From the human T2T-CHM13v2.0 reference genome, Homo sapiens: 64,000 nt of DNA. The notes beneath the pieces are model-generated. The model was not told where the DNA came from. It ran no database searches and worked only from the letters and a program-made list of their open reading frames with translations. The stretch lies in NCBI RefSeq assembly GCF_009914755.1, contig NC_060932.1. The stretch is one strand, 5' to 3'. Made by a program: the position numbers and the translations under genes. This document shows, in pieces, positions 10,146-24,935 of this stretch (the stretch's first letter is position 1; every line of letters starts with the position of its first letter).

Positions 10146-11454
10146 CTGCATTTTGCATTTGGACTCATCAATGTGAAAACAGACCCACAGCTATAAACTC
10201 TGCTTAATCCGAAGCAAAAAGAGAGAGAGAGAGAATGAGAAAGTGAGAGCACTATTTGCATCACTTAACCCTGAATGTGAACCTCATTTTGGTGGGAAAT
10301 GAACACAGCCGGAGTCCTTAAAAATCCATCAGACCCATTACCATGCCTGTAGATTTCAAATAAGCCCGCGAAAGACCTACTGGCAAGTGACATTTCTCAT
10401 CCTGGCTTCCCTGCCTGGGCTTTCTCCAGAGCGATATTTATCAGCAGGGCCTGAAAGAATGAAAAACAGGTCCAAGGCATCCTCGGCCTTAACATCTACC
10501 TGTTGGGCCGCATGAGACAAGCCCGCAGCTGGGCCACCCTGTGGTTTTCACGTTCTGAGGCAAGCTTGTTCAGCTCCCTCCTCCCAGCCCCAGTCAACAG
10601 ACATAGTTCCCTCCGTCTGAACCCCCTGAAGGACTGCCCAGGATTACACAATAAACTGTCTAGTGGTGTCTTCTAGCTCTCCCTGCCAGACTCTTGGGTT
10701 GAGGTTTAGATCATATGCGTCTCCCCAGCTTGTTCCCTAGAAGAGGCAGAGTGTAATCAGTGCCTTCTGACAGGCCCCAGTGTCTCAGCTCAGTCCTGCA
10801 GGTCACACACTGCTTAACTCCAGGGTGCCAAGTCACGCCATATTCTATGTGCTCAAGAGCAGTGCTACTTGAGTTGAGCAGTGCACAGCTTGTGCACCAG
10901 TCCATGGCAGACCCGGTTGGGCCCACACTGTCCTGCCTGACTCCTGGCAAAGAACCCAGCCTTGGCCTCCTCACAACTTTCCTGGGGCAGGACCCAGAGC
11001 TGGAAGCATTAGGAGCTTCTTTGAGGTCATGTTCTTTTCCTGAGAGTAAATATTCTTTGTGGCTTCCTGGGATAAGTCCAGGTCAGGTTCATCCAGCTCC
11101 CTGACCCTGGGAAAACCACTCACCCTCCCTGTACCTCAGTGTCTTTATAACAACACCTGCTTGCCTCCCTGGAGGCTGCAGGGTCGACATAATAATGGTT
11201 ATGAAGGTGTTTGGTTAGTGGGGAGGACTTGTTGATACTATGAATCATAGTAGAATAATTTGAAAATACAACACTCATAAGAAGTTTATCATACTTTGAT
11301 CGTGGTGTAGCACTGATCAGAGCCATTTTTACATGAGTTTCCCTACCCTAAGAAGCACAGTATGGAGCTTGTAGGAAACATGAAATAAATTCTGGTTGAC
11401 ACCATTAGAGAGGCCTGGACTGGACTGAAATTTGCTGGATGGCAAGTTCATGAC

Positions 11455-11745
11455 CTAAGAATGCAAAATACCACAGAGCCAGTGGCTTCAACAGGCATTT
11501 ACTCCTCTCGGATCTAGAGGCTGAGTCCAAAATCAGGGTGTGAGCCAGCTCCGGTGTGGTGAGGGCCTGTGGCTTGACATGTAGATGGTGCCTTCTGACT
11601 GTGTGCTCACGTGGAGCGGGGAGTGGGGGTCTCTCTCTCTTCCTCATCTCATAAGGCCACAGTCTACTGGATCAGGGCCCACCCTTAAGACTTCATGTAA
11701 CTTTCATTGGCCCCTAAAGACCCTATCTCCAAATACAGTCTCACT
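11455..11745 (-). mobile_element. MaLR LTR fragment (MLT1A-like)
   Basis: aaaataccacagagccagtggcttcaac...ctatctccaaatacagtctcactgg. Confidence 0.8.
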
Positions 11746-11750
11746 GGTGG

Positions 11751-12808
11751 TGATGTTCTGGAACCCAAGGGGGGTCCACTCTCCCCACAAGGTAACATCA
11801 GACGTCCACACAGAGGTTCGAGTGGGAGAAGGGTGTTTATTTGCAGGCACCAAGGAGGGGGGCCCCAGCAGGGCACACTTAAGTCCTGACCTCCCCAGTG
11901 GCTGGCAGATAAGGGTTTTTAAAGGCAGGGGCACGTTTCAGGAAAGCAGAAGTTGAAGCAAAATTGGAAATCAATCCTCGGAGGTTACACATTGGTTTTG
12001 GCCTCAAAAGGCAGATGTCTTGAAGTGGAGGCTTACAGGTCCCAGGTGGATTCAAAGATTTTCTGATTTGCAATTGGCAAAGGAAGAGAAGTTTTGCTTA
12101 AAAATTTGGGATCAGCAGAAAAGAATATGAGTTTTGTCTCATGGGTGCGACTCCCTCCAGGCCCCTCAGGAATAAATATAGAACAAAGAACGGCGGCATC
12201 CGAGGCCTGCGTGCCCTCGGATCGGGTCCAGCGTGGAGATCCAGGTTTCTGAAAAACAACTCAGGGACTTACTTGAAGAATGTTATCTTCACCTGTCATC
12301 CCAGCACTTTGGGAAGCCGAGCCAGGCGGATCACCTGAGGTCAGGAGTTCAAGACCATCCTTGCCAACATGGTGAACCCCGTCTCTACTAAAAATACAAA
12401 ACTTAGCCGGGCTTGGTGGCTAAGTAGCTGCCTGTAATCCCAATTACTCAGGAGGCTGAGGCGGGAGAATCGCTTGAATCCAGGAGGCAGAGGTTGGAAT
12501 AAGCCGAGATCACACCACTGCCCTCCAGCCTGGGTGACAAAGCGAGACACCCTCTGAAAAAAAAAAAAAAAGTATTACCTTTAGTTTCTTATTTTCCATA
12601 GGGGAACTGAACATTCCGTGATCCTGGCTCCCTCGGCTGTTGTTTTATGATACCATTAATCTCTTGTCTACCAAGTTGCCCATTCACTTCCCTGGGTCAG
12701 CCGAGAGCCTGGAATTCCCCTGAAGAAACTCAGGATTTTTCTTTATTTCCATGTTTGGGGTGAGGGGGCAGCCCGCAGGCCCCTAAGAGGGGCCCCTGCT
12801 CCATCTCA
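11751..12808 (-). mobile_element. ERV1/MER4-group solo LTR interrupted by an Alu
   Basis: TG...CA ends; gcttacaggtcccaggtggattcaaagattttctgatttgcaattgg and cccctaagaggggcccctgctccatctca motifs. Subfamily uncertain. Confidence 0.75.
12290..12571 (+). mobile_element. AluS, slightly 5'-truncated
   Basis: Dimer with poly-A tail. Confidence 0.95.
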
Positions 12809-13980
12809 CTTAGGGCTAAATATGTGAATTGGAAGGGACATAACGCTGTCTGTGGCACCTTCCAAACATGACGTGGGCACACGCAGCGGATTCACCAGGC
12901 GGCCCTGTGGGCAGGGACTCAGGCAGCAGGGATGATTGGCAGGTGCCTCCGTTGCGCCCCAAGAGCAAGACCTACTCGGCCTGGAGTGAAATTTCAAAAA
13001 GTCAGCCTGGCTTCCATGGTGGCTGCAACTGCCCAGCCCCATTTCTCCCATCTCTTCCTTACCCTGAAATCCCTGTGCTCCTTCTGGTGGGGGGCCTTCC
13101 CTGGAAATCACGCTAATCACAGCGTAGTCCACATTCCGTGCTCTGCAGATGTCTGTTTCTATCTCTGGACAAGTGTCTCAAGAGCAAAGGCTGCCTCTTA
13201 CTTGTATTTTTCTATTTCTGAAAGCTGGTTAGGGGCTTATGTAGCCTGGACGCCCCTCTGCCATCCCTGAGTAAACGGGAGAGGAAACGCACCCAGGAAA
13301 CAAAACCTTCTTTTCCTCTCAGGGCCTCTCTTTTGCTTAGGAGCATTATTTATCAGGAACTTACAAATTGAGACTCATTTTCTAAAACCAACTGAGTTGA
13401 TGCCTGTCCAAATTATAGAGTTTTAAAGCCTTGCGATTCTGTGAGAACATGAAAGTTATACAAACCGGGTGAACAAATTCACTAAGTGAGGTTCTGTAGA
13501 AACTGCTTCCACAAATACATAAGAGTTGCTTGTCATTATAACGTCAGTTGCATGGGAAGGCGTTCCTAAAGCACCGCAAACTCCTGTTCTCTCAGGTGGG
13601 CCAAAAGCCCGTCCTGCAGCCAGGCCTAGACTCCACCACTGTTGAATGACGCCTTGGCACAGAGCCGGCTAGAATGTGCCATCCACCTCCTGCAGGGCGG
13701 TCAGCAAGTGGGATGATCCCCACTAAGGGACAGATTTGGTCATCAGGGTCAAGACTCTGGTCCACTCAGCAAATCCACCCGGGGCCCCACTGCTCGTCGG
13801 ACCCCCTTCAGGATCAGGGAACCTGCAGCCGTGGTGGATAACACCCCAAGGTCTACCTTGCAGAGACCTCTCTCGTGGAGAGAGACTGGCCATCAGCAGG
13901 GACCCCACAGCCAGGAGGAGAGCAAGGCTTCTACTAGGAAGGGGCCCAGCCTGGCTGCTAAAAACCATCTCCAGAGTCAC

Positions 13981-14083
13981 CTGGGTGTCACGAGGGGAGG
14001 CCGCCTTCAGGTGCGCACCTGCACGGTGGTCTGGGTGTCGGGAGAAGAGGCTGCCTTCAGGTGCACTTCTGCATGGTGGTCTG
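13981..14083. repeat. 50-bp tandem duplication
   Basis: ctgggtgtc..gag...aggc.gccttcaggtgc.c..ctgca.ggtggt twice. Confidence 0.85.
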
Positions 14084-15299
14084 GAGAGGCTGGGGAACCT
14101 TCCTCCCTCCACGTTTCTCTGGCTGTCCCTGGCCCTGTGTGGCCTCAGACAAGCCTTGTCCACCTCTCTGCACCAAAGAAGTGAAATTGTCCTCAAGGTT
14201 CAGATGGTGGCTGGACACTCCTAGCCTCTCCGCCATGACCCAGGGCTGGGGGTGACACCCTCAAACCCTGAGGGGATACTAAGGGTCAACAGGACACCTG
14301 GACCAGAGGAGCTGTGAGCAGGCAGCAAAGGCCACCCGTGTGGTGTCTCCTCTGCATCCTCCCCAGCAGCAGACCCAGGCCTGGCCCTTTCCAGCTTGGT
14401 CACCTGTGCGGAAACCCAGAGCCTGGCAGCAGTCAGAGCCATGAGAGCAGCTCCCATTCAGGATGATGCAGTGGGGTAGAGGCCTCAGGAGGACAGGGCC
14501 CGACCCCCAGCACAGTGCAGTCCAGTGGGGATTACTGCTGGCAACAGGGTGGGGTTGGAGGATGGAAAATGACCAGGAGGAAGCAGCCAGAGTGAGGGGA
14601 TTCTGGTGGAACCCCCTAACAGAATGCCTGCTGAAGGCAGGCCAGCGGACCAGGCCTCCCTTGGAGGGTGGAGGATGGAGAACCTGGTTAGATGTAGAGG
14701 GAGGGTCGGGGGGTTCTCTCTAAAATGACTTTGCAGTGTTCTTGACAAAACTGGGCTCCTGAGGATGTGTCCAGGGACAGGGCTCCATCAGTCCTCAGGG
14801 AGCAGGTGCCTCTGCTGTCCAGTGTCTGGACCGGGACAGAGTCCTTGTCAACCAACAGCAAGTACCCCAGCCCCTGTGCTCCAACTCTGGAGGCCAGGTT
14901 TTGGTGAGGAGAAAATGTACACCTTAACTTTTACTGAATGCAACTGAAATGTGCTATTTCCTTTCATTATGAATATAAACAACAGGCCACCCGAAATCCT
15001 ATGACTTCCCATCAGTAGACAGCACAGATGTCTCAAAATATAACAAAACTCAGGATGACTGTAGCCATCAATAGGTCTGCATTTGACAAAGAAGCACCAA
15101 TGTTATTACATCAACAATTCGTTTTTTGAAGAATTTCATAGTTGTGCTTCTGAATAATTGGCTTCACCCACTATTCAATGAACAGTACCAAACATCTTAT
15201 TCTGAGAACTAACCCACAGGCTTCCCCAGATGTCAAAGGTCAAAGGGTGCCCTGCCTTAAAGAAAGATGAATTTACAAGTAAAAACATTACCCCATAGC

Positions 15300-16900
<1,601 letters not shown>

Positions 16901-16916
16901 TGAAAGTGTCTCTCAA

Positions 16917-16970
16917 CAGAAAAAGAAGAAAGGAAGAGGAAGAAGAGGAGGAGGGGGAGGAGGAGGAAGG
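16917..16970. repeat. Polypurine GAA/GAG tract
   Basis: agaagaaaggaagaggaagaagaggaggagggggaggagg. Confidence 0.85.
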
Positions 16971-19240
16971 CAACCTGCTGTCTGCAAAAGGCCCAGGTGA
17001 AGCAGGAGGCCTCGGGGGGGGGGACACAGGAGACAGAGGAAGGGACCCTAACATGAGTCAAGAGAAACATGAGCAGCAGACATAATATTAAAAAAAAATC
17101 AAGCTTAGGGAAAACTATTAACACAAGGACAAAATACACCTCATTTGCCGGGGGTCCAGGGTGACTGGCCCCAATCTGGCCCACCAGCCTGGTTAGTGTG
17201 CCCAGAACCCCCTCCTGACATGAGGCCAGCACATGGCAGGTGCTCAGGATGGGCTCTGGGGGAGGTGCTGACCCTGCACAGTGTCTATAGTGGACTGGGA
17301 AGCTGTCGACTGAACCTCCTGAGGAGGACAGGCCCAGGTTACCCTGAGAGATGTTTGTTAGAGGTTCTCTTCTCCCTCCCAGCCCCTTCCCAAGACCTGG
17401 GGGCTCCCTATTGGTGGGAGGGGTGGGTGGCCCTGGCTTTGGAGCTGGCCCCTGGGCTTAGACCCCACCTCCCTCTGTCCTTACTGTAGCATCTGAGGCA
17501 GACACTTCACCACCTCTGGGGACTCAGTCTCCCCCCTGTGAAATGCTGGGGAGACCCCTCAGGAGGATGCCAGACATTATGTGGCTGGTAATGAATCACT
17601 CCAAGGAGCCCATAGGTCATGGTGTTAGAGGCCGCTGTGGCAGAGGCAGGATAGTTGTGAGTGGATGTGCCAGCAGGCAGCGTGTGAGGGAGCAGAGCAT
17701 GCACCCAGCCTCTCCCTGCCACCCCTGAGCTGGCTCCAGTTTCTGCAGTCCTCTAAGAAAAATCTCAGACCATCTGCACCAGCCTGGGTGGGCCAGAGGG
17801 GCAGGCAGCCAGGCAGGTGCACATGGGCTTGGGAGGGGCGGGTGTGCACGTGGAGACTCCAAGCATGGGAGAGGACCAGCTCTGTGACCAGGCGCATGCC
17901 CGGTGTGTGCGCTCTAGCCAGGTCTCAACCCGTCTTCACTGTGCCCTGCTCACCCCAGGACCTCAGCTTCCTATGCCCAAGGGTGACGGGACTCAGTGGT
18001 CCCAAAGGCCCTTTGGCCTTAACAGTCTGGGCAGTGGGAGTCCAGAGCTGCGTGGCCTCCTGAACACCAAGGGCAGCCAGCATAGGCTGCGCCTTGTGCT
18101 CCCATCAGCTCGAGTGTTGCCAGCCCCTGGGGCTTCTGTCCTGACTCCTTCCTCCAGTCCATGCTTGCCCTGTTTCCATCCTCAAATGCCTTTCCCTCCT
18201 CTGTTCTCCCACCTGAGAAGTGGCACTCCAGGGTTGGCCATGGGCGCCCCCCACTCTGCCTGGGCTCTCCCAAGCCCCCCAAACCCACAGGCACAGGGAC
18301 AGACAGCAGACCTGGGTGGGGGGTCTGTGTTTGGTGGGGGGAGATGTGTCTGAGCTGGGGCCATGAGAAGGGTGGAAATATGCTGTGTTCCCTGCAGCTC
18401 TCAGTGGCCCTAAGATGCCCAAACACCACTCCACTTCCAGATGGAGGAACTGAGTCTGAATCCACTCAGGTGAGTGGAGGAGTGGGACAAAGCCAGATCC
18501 CCTGAGTCCCGGGTACACAGTTCAGTCCTGGGCAATATCTCATGGGGAAGGTGGGGCATGGACAGGGAGGCCGACCTTCGGTGCTGGCCCAGTGCCCAGC
18601 GTAGAGCTGTCCCTTTGGGGGCAGGAAGTGTCTGCCTGCTGCCACATCTCTTGGGCGGTGCTCAGCAAGGGAGAGGCTAGAAAGAGGATGGGAGGCCAGG
18701 CTGGGCCCCTGCTCTGCCCATCAACACTGCAGGGACAAGGAGGCGGCCATGCACCCCCCGTGCTACCTTTTCACACCCTGCACATGTGCAGCCCGACAGG
18801 ACCCCACCTTCCAGCCAGGAGGGAGGCCCAGAGCCCCAAAGTTGCTCTGGCCTTGCAGGCAGCTTCTCCTGTCCTCCAGTCCCCCTCACATGCCAGGGTG
18901 GCGCAGACACTTGGGCCAGGGACCGCCTGGCTGTGCAGGAGAGATGAGCTGTTCTCCTCCTCCTGCCTGCCACCAGGATGGCGCTGTGTTGTGTCACTTA
19001 AGGACTCACCTGCTTTGTAGAGACCAGTTAGGTGGCTGCTCCAGATAGGAGCCTCTGACAGGCAAGGCTCACCCAGCTGCACTTGACCAGCTGGATTCCT
19101 GAGCCAGTGTGAGGCTCTGCCCCTGGCCCGGGGCATTCCATCTGACCAGGCTCTGCCAGTCCGTTGTGGCAGCACCTTTCTATTAACCTGAAAGTCCCGC
19201 ACCAGGCTGGCCACCCTTCCTGCCTCCACTCTCTTCCTGA

Positions 19241-19833
<593 letters not shown>

Positions 19834-19918
19834 TGACATCACCTGTGTCACCCACTCCTGACAACAGTCACCCTTTCCCTAGCTCTGGGCTTGTCATGGG
19901 CTTCTATCCTTATAGAGA

Positions 19919-20240
19919 CAGGTCCCCCCAGCTTGCCATTTCTCGGCTTTACTAAGGTGTGAAACTGCCTTTACTATGGTGTGAAACTGTGCAATTGTGA
20001 CATAATGTACAGTATTCAATACATTATATGAGATACACAGTACTTTATGATAAAATCGGCTTTGTATAAGATAACTCTACCTGACTATAGGCTAATGTGA
20101 GCGTTCTGGGCACATTTCAGGAGGCTAGGCTAAGCTATGACATTTGGCAGGTGAGGTCTATTAAATGTGTTTTTGGCTTATGATATTTTCAATGTATGAG
20201 GGGTTTATCAGGAGCCCTATGGTCAGTCGGGGAGCATCTG
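19919..20240. mobile_element. Tigger-family MITE (MER47/Tigger5-like)
   Basis: ggctaggctaagctatga...gggtttatcagga...ggagcatctg terminus. Confidence 0.8.
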
Positions 20241-20259
20241 TGCCTGGCCTGTGGTACTG

Positions 20260-20385
20260 CCTCTTGTTCACTGTCCTGCCCATTCCAGGGATTCCCTGGC
20301 ACTGCCCAAGGCAGGGGCCTCATGCTCATACCCGTGCTATGCAGCTAGTAGGTGCTCACAAGTCACGGCAGTTGAATGAATGCCT
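20260..20385 (+). mobile_element. L2 3' end fragment
   Basis: agtaggtgctcacaagt...gttgaatgaatg. Confidence 0.6.
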
Positions 20386-21024
20386 AGCGAGGGTTCTGGG
20401 AGCTCTCTTTATCGCCCCACATAAGCAGGTTATGATGGTGACAGAGAAGCCAGCCTCCTCCAGGGGCAGAGACAGAGCCTTACGCCTTGAGTTGCAGCTA
20501 ACAGACCAGCAGGCTCTGCAAACCTGAGCAATGAGATTTGTTATTCCGTCCCTGAAAGTCTGTCGGCAGAGCCCCTGCAGGGTCTGTTGATTCAGGAGCT
20601 CAGAAGTGTCACCAAGGCGCTGGGATTGTTCGATTTATCATCTCTGTCCACACCCATTGGCTCCACCTGAAGGCCGCTTCCATCTTGTTGAAGGCGCCTA
20701 CTAGAGGCACCTGTGTTCACATCTGAAGATTAATCATGGACTGAAGCCCTTCCTGTCACCTTGGTGGCCGGCCAGCACTGGTCCCTTGCCCACCCTGGGT
20801 TGAGCCTGAGCTCCCAACCGTCACTGGGTCGTGGGGAGGGTGAACTTGCCTTGAAGGCACAAAGCCATGGTCACATGGGCTGCGTGTCTGAGAGGTCCAC
20901 ACAGAATAAGATTAGAATTGTGTGGTTTAATTGGGGAAGTGGTTTTGGGGACAGGAAGCCAGTGGGCACGGGAGGCATCCCCACCCCACCCTCCCAGCTC
21001 TGTGGACTCTGCCTTCCCCTAGAG

Positions 21025-21527
21025 CAGCTGTCCCCAACCTTTTTGGCACCAGGGACCAGTTTCATGAAAGACAATGTTTCCAAGGACCTAGGAGGCAGGA
21101 GCAGTGATGGTTTTTGGATGATTCCAGTGTGTGACATTGACTGTGCACTGTTTCTATTATGATTACATTGTAATATGTCATGAAATAATTCGACAACTCA
21201 CCATCATGTAGAGTCAGTGGAAGCCCTGAGCTTGTTTTCCTGCAACTAGACAGTCCCATCTGGAGGTGATGGGAGACAGTGACAGATCATCAGGCATTAG
21301 ATTCTCGTAAGGGGCATGCAACCTACATCCCTCGCATGCGCAGTGCACAATAAGGCTTCTGCTCCCATGAGAATCTGATGCCACTGCTGATCTGACGGGG
21401 CAGAACTCAGGCAGTAACACAAGCCATGGGGAGCAGTTGTCAGTACAGATAAAGCTTTGCTCATCTGCCCACTACTTACCTCCTGCTGCACAGCCTGGTT
21501 GCTGACAGGGGTTGAGTGCCCTTGACC
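21025..21527 (+). mobile_element. MER1A (hAT-Charlie) element
   Basis: gtccccaacctttttggcaccagggaccagtttc...atcaggcattagattctc...atgagaatctgatgcc. Confidence 0.9.
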
Positions 21528-23599
21528 TACAGCACTGGCTGCATTCATAGGCTCCTACAGCTGCAGGTGCTCCTCCAGGGGCAGGACAGAAGGGCTCACT
21601 TCCTCTTCAAGAAACTACTGGGCTTTGGTGGTAATTTGCACCTATGCACAAACCCCCATGTGCCTGGGGGTGGAGGGGAGGTGTCTTTTCCTAGAAAGCC
21701 AACTTCCTCAACTTGTTGCATGAAACTACTGCCTTGGAGATTAGCTCTGCCTCACACATTTTTGGATGTCTGTTGTTTTTATCTTAGAAAAGCTGGGACC
21801 TCAGGAGTGCCCAAGGACAATGACCCATTCATTGACCATGAATCCACATCTTTGCCATGGCCACGGGGTGGGCCGGGGTCCACGGGCGGCGAGAGCCCTG
21901 GAGACCACAAGTGCAGCTCAGTCCGTAGCTGTCCACACTCATCCAGCTGGGATCTGTCCTGAGCAAGATGAGGCAGGGACAAGGAGCCAGGCTGCCCGGG
22001 AGCTGTGGCCCAGCTGAGGATGGGCCCCGGCCCACACTCCTGGCCAGGTTATCTGAACCACATCCACACATCCAGTCATGCTGGGAATGGCTGGGGCACG
22101 ATGTCCGGGACCCAGGACTGGCCACAGACGGCTCGGGCAGGACCTTGTGTCTGCCTTCCTGGCTGCTGGTCTTGGGCAAGCTGCTCCACCTCTCAGAGCT
22201 GCTGTCTGTGTCCCTTGAATGAGGAGGAGTGGCCCTGACCTGAAGGGACTCATGGGCATGAGGTCCAGTGATGCTGCTGAGGGCCAGCGGTGGAGCTGCC
22301 ACCCACGGGAGCTGCACTGAGAGCTGGGTCACTGTCGGCAAGTGCCAGGCTCCGGCACAGGAGTGCACCTTCTGGAAGGTGGTGCCAAACCACATCATGC
22401 CCAGAGAAAACGGGAGGAAGCGGGGCTGCCGCAGAGTATGGTTTCTCCTTGGAGGGGGCACCAAGCTATCATGAAGAGCCACGAGGGAGCCTGTGCCCAG
22501 GGCACAGTGGATGGGAGCAGCCAGAAGGCCTCCTCTACCCCCTCGCCTGGACCAGTCCTGTGGGGAACCTCACAGGGACCCTGCTGGACCCGGGGAGAGG
22601 GCTCCACTCAGCTGAGCAGTGCTGAGCACCTCAGTAGGATGAGGCCCGGTGCAGGTGGTTTGGGTCAAGGTTGGATTTTGGGCCATGGTCAATCAGAAAC
22701 CCTGGAAGGCGGAGCGGGAGTGGCAGCAGCCAAGGTGGGGCGGGGTGTTTAGAGTCACCCTCTCTGCAGAATAACAGGCTGGAGCCATCCCTGCAGGCTA
22801 GAGGTGGGTGGTGGGTGGAGATTTGACAGAGGATGGCTCCCCCATTCCCTAGGAGCTGGACACAGAGGGAGGGGCCAGCCCCAGAAGGAGCATAGGGCAC
22901 TGTGAAAGGAAGCATCCTCTCCTCCACCCCAGAGCAAGGCAGGTGCCCGAGGGGCCTCCAGCATCACCTGGTGTGTGGCTGGCATGGACTCTGACCCGTG
23001 ATTCCAGGACAATACTAAATAATGATTTCTTTCTATACTGGCCTCGTCAGGCAATGAGGAGAGCTTCCAGCCCTCTAAGGCACATGTTGAACTGTGGTTG
23101 CTTACGGGCACTTGCCATGCGCTATGCCCAGGAATGGGCTCCGGGAAGGGGCAGGGAGATTAGCAGGGGGTACCACAAGTCAAGCACAAGGCTAGAGGCC
23201 ACGACAAGTTCAGGGCTGGCCCATGAGAAGGGTGGCTGCTTGGAACAGGTGGCAGGAGGGCAGGATCTGAGAGGGGCCCGGGAAGGTCACGGGCGATGTC
23301 ACTGAGCTGGAGATGGGAGACCTGCAGATAAGCCCTGGAATGTCACAGGAAAGAACCCAGGCCAAGCCCCGGGAGCCGGGGTGTTTAGACTGGGGTGTTT
23401 ACTCCAAAATCAGGCTCACCTTTGAACTTTTGAGAAAGCCTGTTGAAATAACCAGAAGGAAACAGGCACGGAGGTTGATCGGGCCCCTGCGCGGAAAAGG
23501 ACTTCCTGCGCATCCAAGACAAACACAAGGACCGCATCTGATAACCTAAAATTACATTTCTATATGTCAGAGCCTCATAGCCAAAATCACACAGCAAAG

Positions 23600-23900
23600 G
23601 AAAGGCAGGAAATGTTTGCAGCAATTACAACAACACTAACTTCTTCTTATATAAGCAGCTCAAATTGATAAGAGAAATCGTAAGCCACATGCTGAAAAGT
23701 GAGCAAAATACATGAAAAGGCACTCCACAAAATAGGAATCACGAACGCCAAACAAACACGCAGAGATAAATCATTTACCCTCCCAAGTAAGGACGGAAAT
23801 TAAAATCGTAGCGCCATGGAGATACCCTCCCGCCTATCCACATGCTCCCACCCGTGCGGGGGCTTGGCGCTGGAGGGAGTGGCGTCAGCTCCGCTTCTGA
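23600..23900 (+). mobile_element. Decayed L1ME-like 3' fragment
   Basis: gaaaagtgagcaaaatacatgaaaaggcactccacaaaataggaatcacgaacgccaaacaaacac. Confidence 0.6.
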
Positions 23901-24636
23901 GAAGCACCTCACATGCACAGCATCTGTGCCAGAAGGGCTGGCCCGGCAACTCCCTCTAAGGCTCTGTGGATGGAGACGCTCTCAAATGCAAACAAAGCTT
24001 TTGAGCAAATATGCCGACGGAGTGACTTTCGACAGCCAGCGTGCAGGAGTGAGAGCCTCACCAGAGGCTCCGTGGAGAAGCGTGCATGGCACGGCCCCTG
24101 CCAACTCTGCCCAGAGTCAAAGATCATTCAGGGTGAGCCACTGGGGTGGGACACAAACCTGAGTGACTATCTGCACACCCATGTTCACAGCTGTACCACC
24201 CACAGAGCCAAGAGCCAGAGGTAGCCTCACCTCCCCTCCAGACCAGCCCAGGCCTCCCCTTTGCTGAAGCCTCCCAGAACCCCTGGCCTAGGGAACCTCC
24301 CCTCCCTCTCCCAGAAATTGTGGTGCTGCAGAATGTAATCTCTGCCATCCCACACAGGGGAAAGGAGGAGGAACTGCAGGCAGGACCTCAAGGGTTCCAG
24401 GGTCAGCGTCACCCCTGCCAGCAGTAAGGCCCTGAATCTCAGATCTCCTGTCTATACCATGGGCCCACTCCACAAGCAAAGGACAAAGCCAGGATCCAGG
24501 CACAGGTGCACTACTGGCATGCAGGGCACGGTGCTCGAGGGTGGTCCTCACCCTCCCCCTCTCCTCACGTGCCTTCACTCCCACAGCTTCGACGCTCACA
24601 CACGCTGGGGGTCATCCAGAGAGGGACTTTTCTTTT

Positions 24637-24807
24637 GCTGTGGTCACTGTGCGATGGTGTGATCACCGTGTGATGCTCTGGTCATCATGAGATGCTGTGG
24701 TCACCGTGAGATGCTGTGGTCACTGTGAGATGCTGTGGTCACTATGAGATGCTATGATCCCTGTGATGCTGCGGTCACCGTGAGATGCTGTGATCACCGT
24801 GTGATGC
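24637..24807. repeat. 19-bp minisatellite (TGCTGTGGTCACYGTGAGA), about 9 copies
   Basis: Tandem units read directly. Confidence 0.93.
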
Positions 24808-24824
24808 CACCACTGATCCCGCAG

Positions 24825-24935
24825 CCTGCTATGAGACAGGCACTTTCTTATCCTCCTTTTACACCTGGGAAAACTGAAGCTCAGAGAAGTCAAGCATGGT
24901 GCCCTCATTCCCACAGAAAGTGATGGGGCTAGAAT
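24825..24935 (-). mobile_element. MIR fragment
   Basis: ttttacacctgggaaaactgaagctcagagaagtcaagc. Confidence 0.7.

Noticed and set aside
10790-10905. Minus-strand SCALLNSSSTALEHIE...LQD* resembling CCDC141 exon 5
   Set aside because: No AG acceptor, wrong spacing to LQD, and out of order; 5480-5669 fits better. It shows that short by-eye matches can arise by chance.
12990-13030. FAATME-QADFLK resembling CCDC141 exon 4
   Set aside because: Needs two frameshifts in 13 codons, similarity does not continue, and it is not collinear with the exon 3 relic at about 6460.
14215-14890. MAERLG (about 14236), KLE..QAW (about 14400) and LEHRGW..LLLVDK (about 14880) resembling CCDC141 exon 3
   Set aside because: Fragments are too far apart and mutually inconsistent; treated as chance unless an alignment shows a duplicated 5' block.
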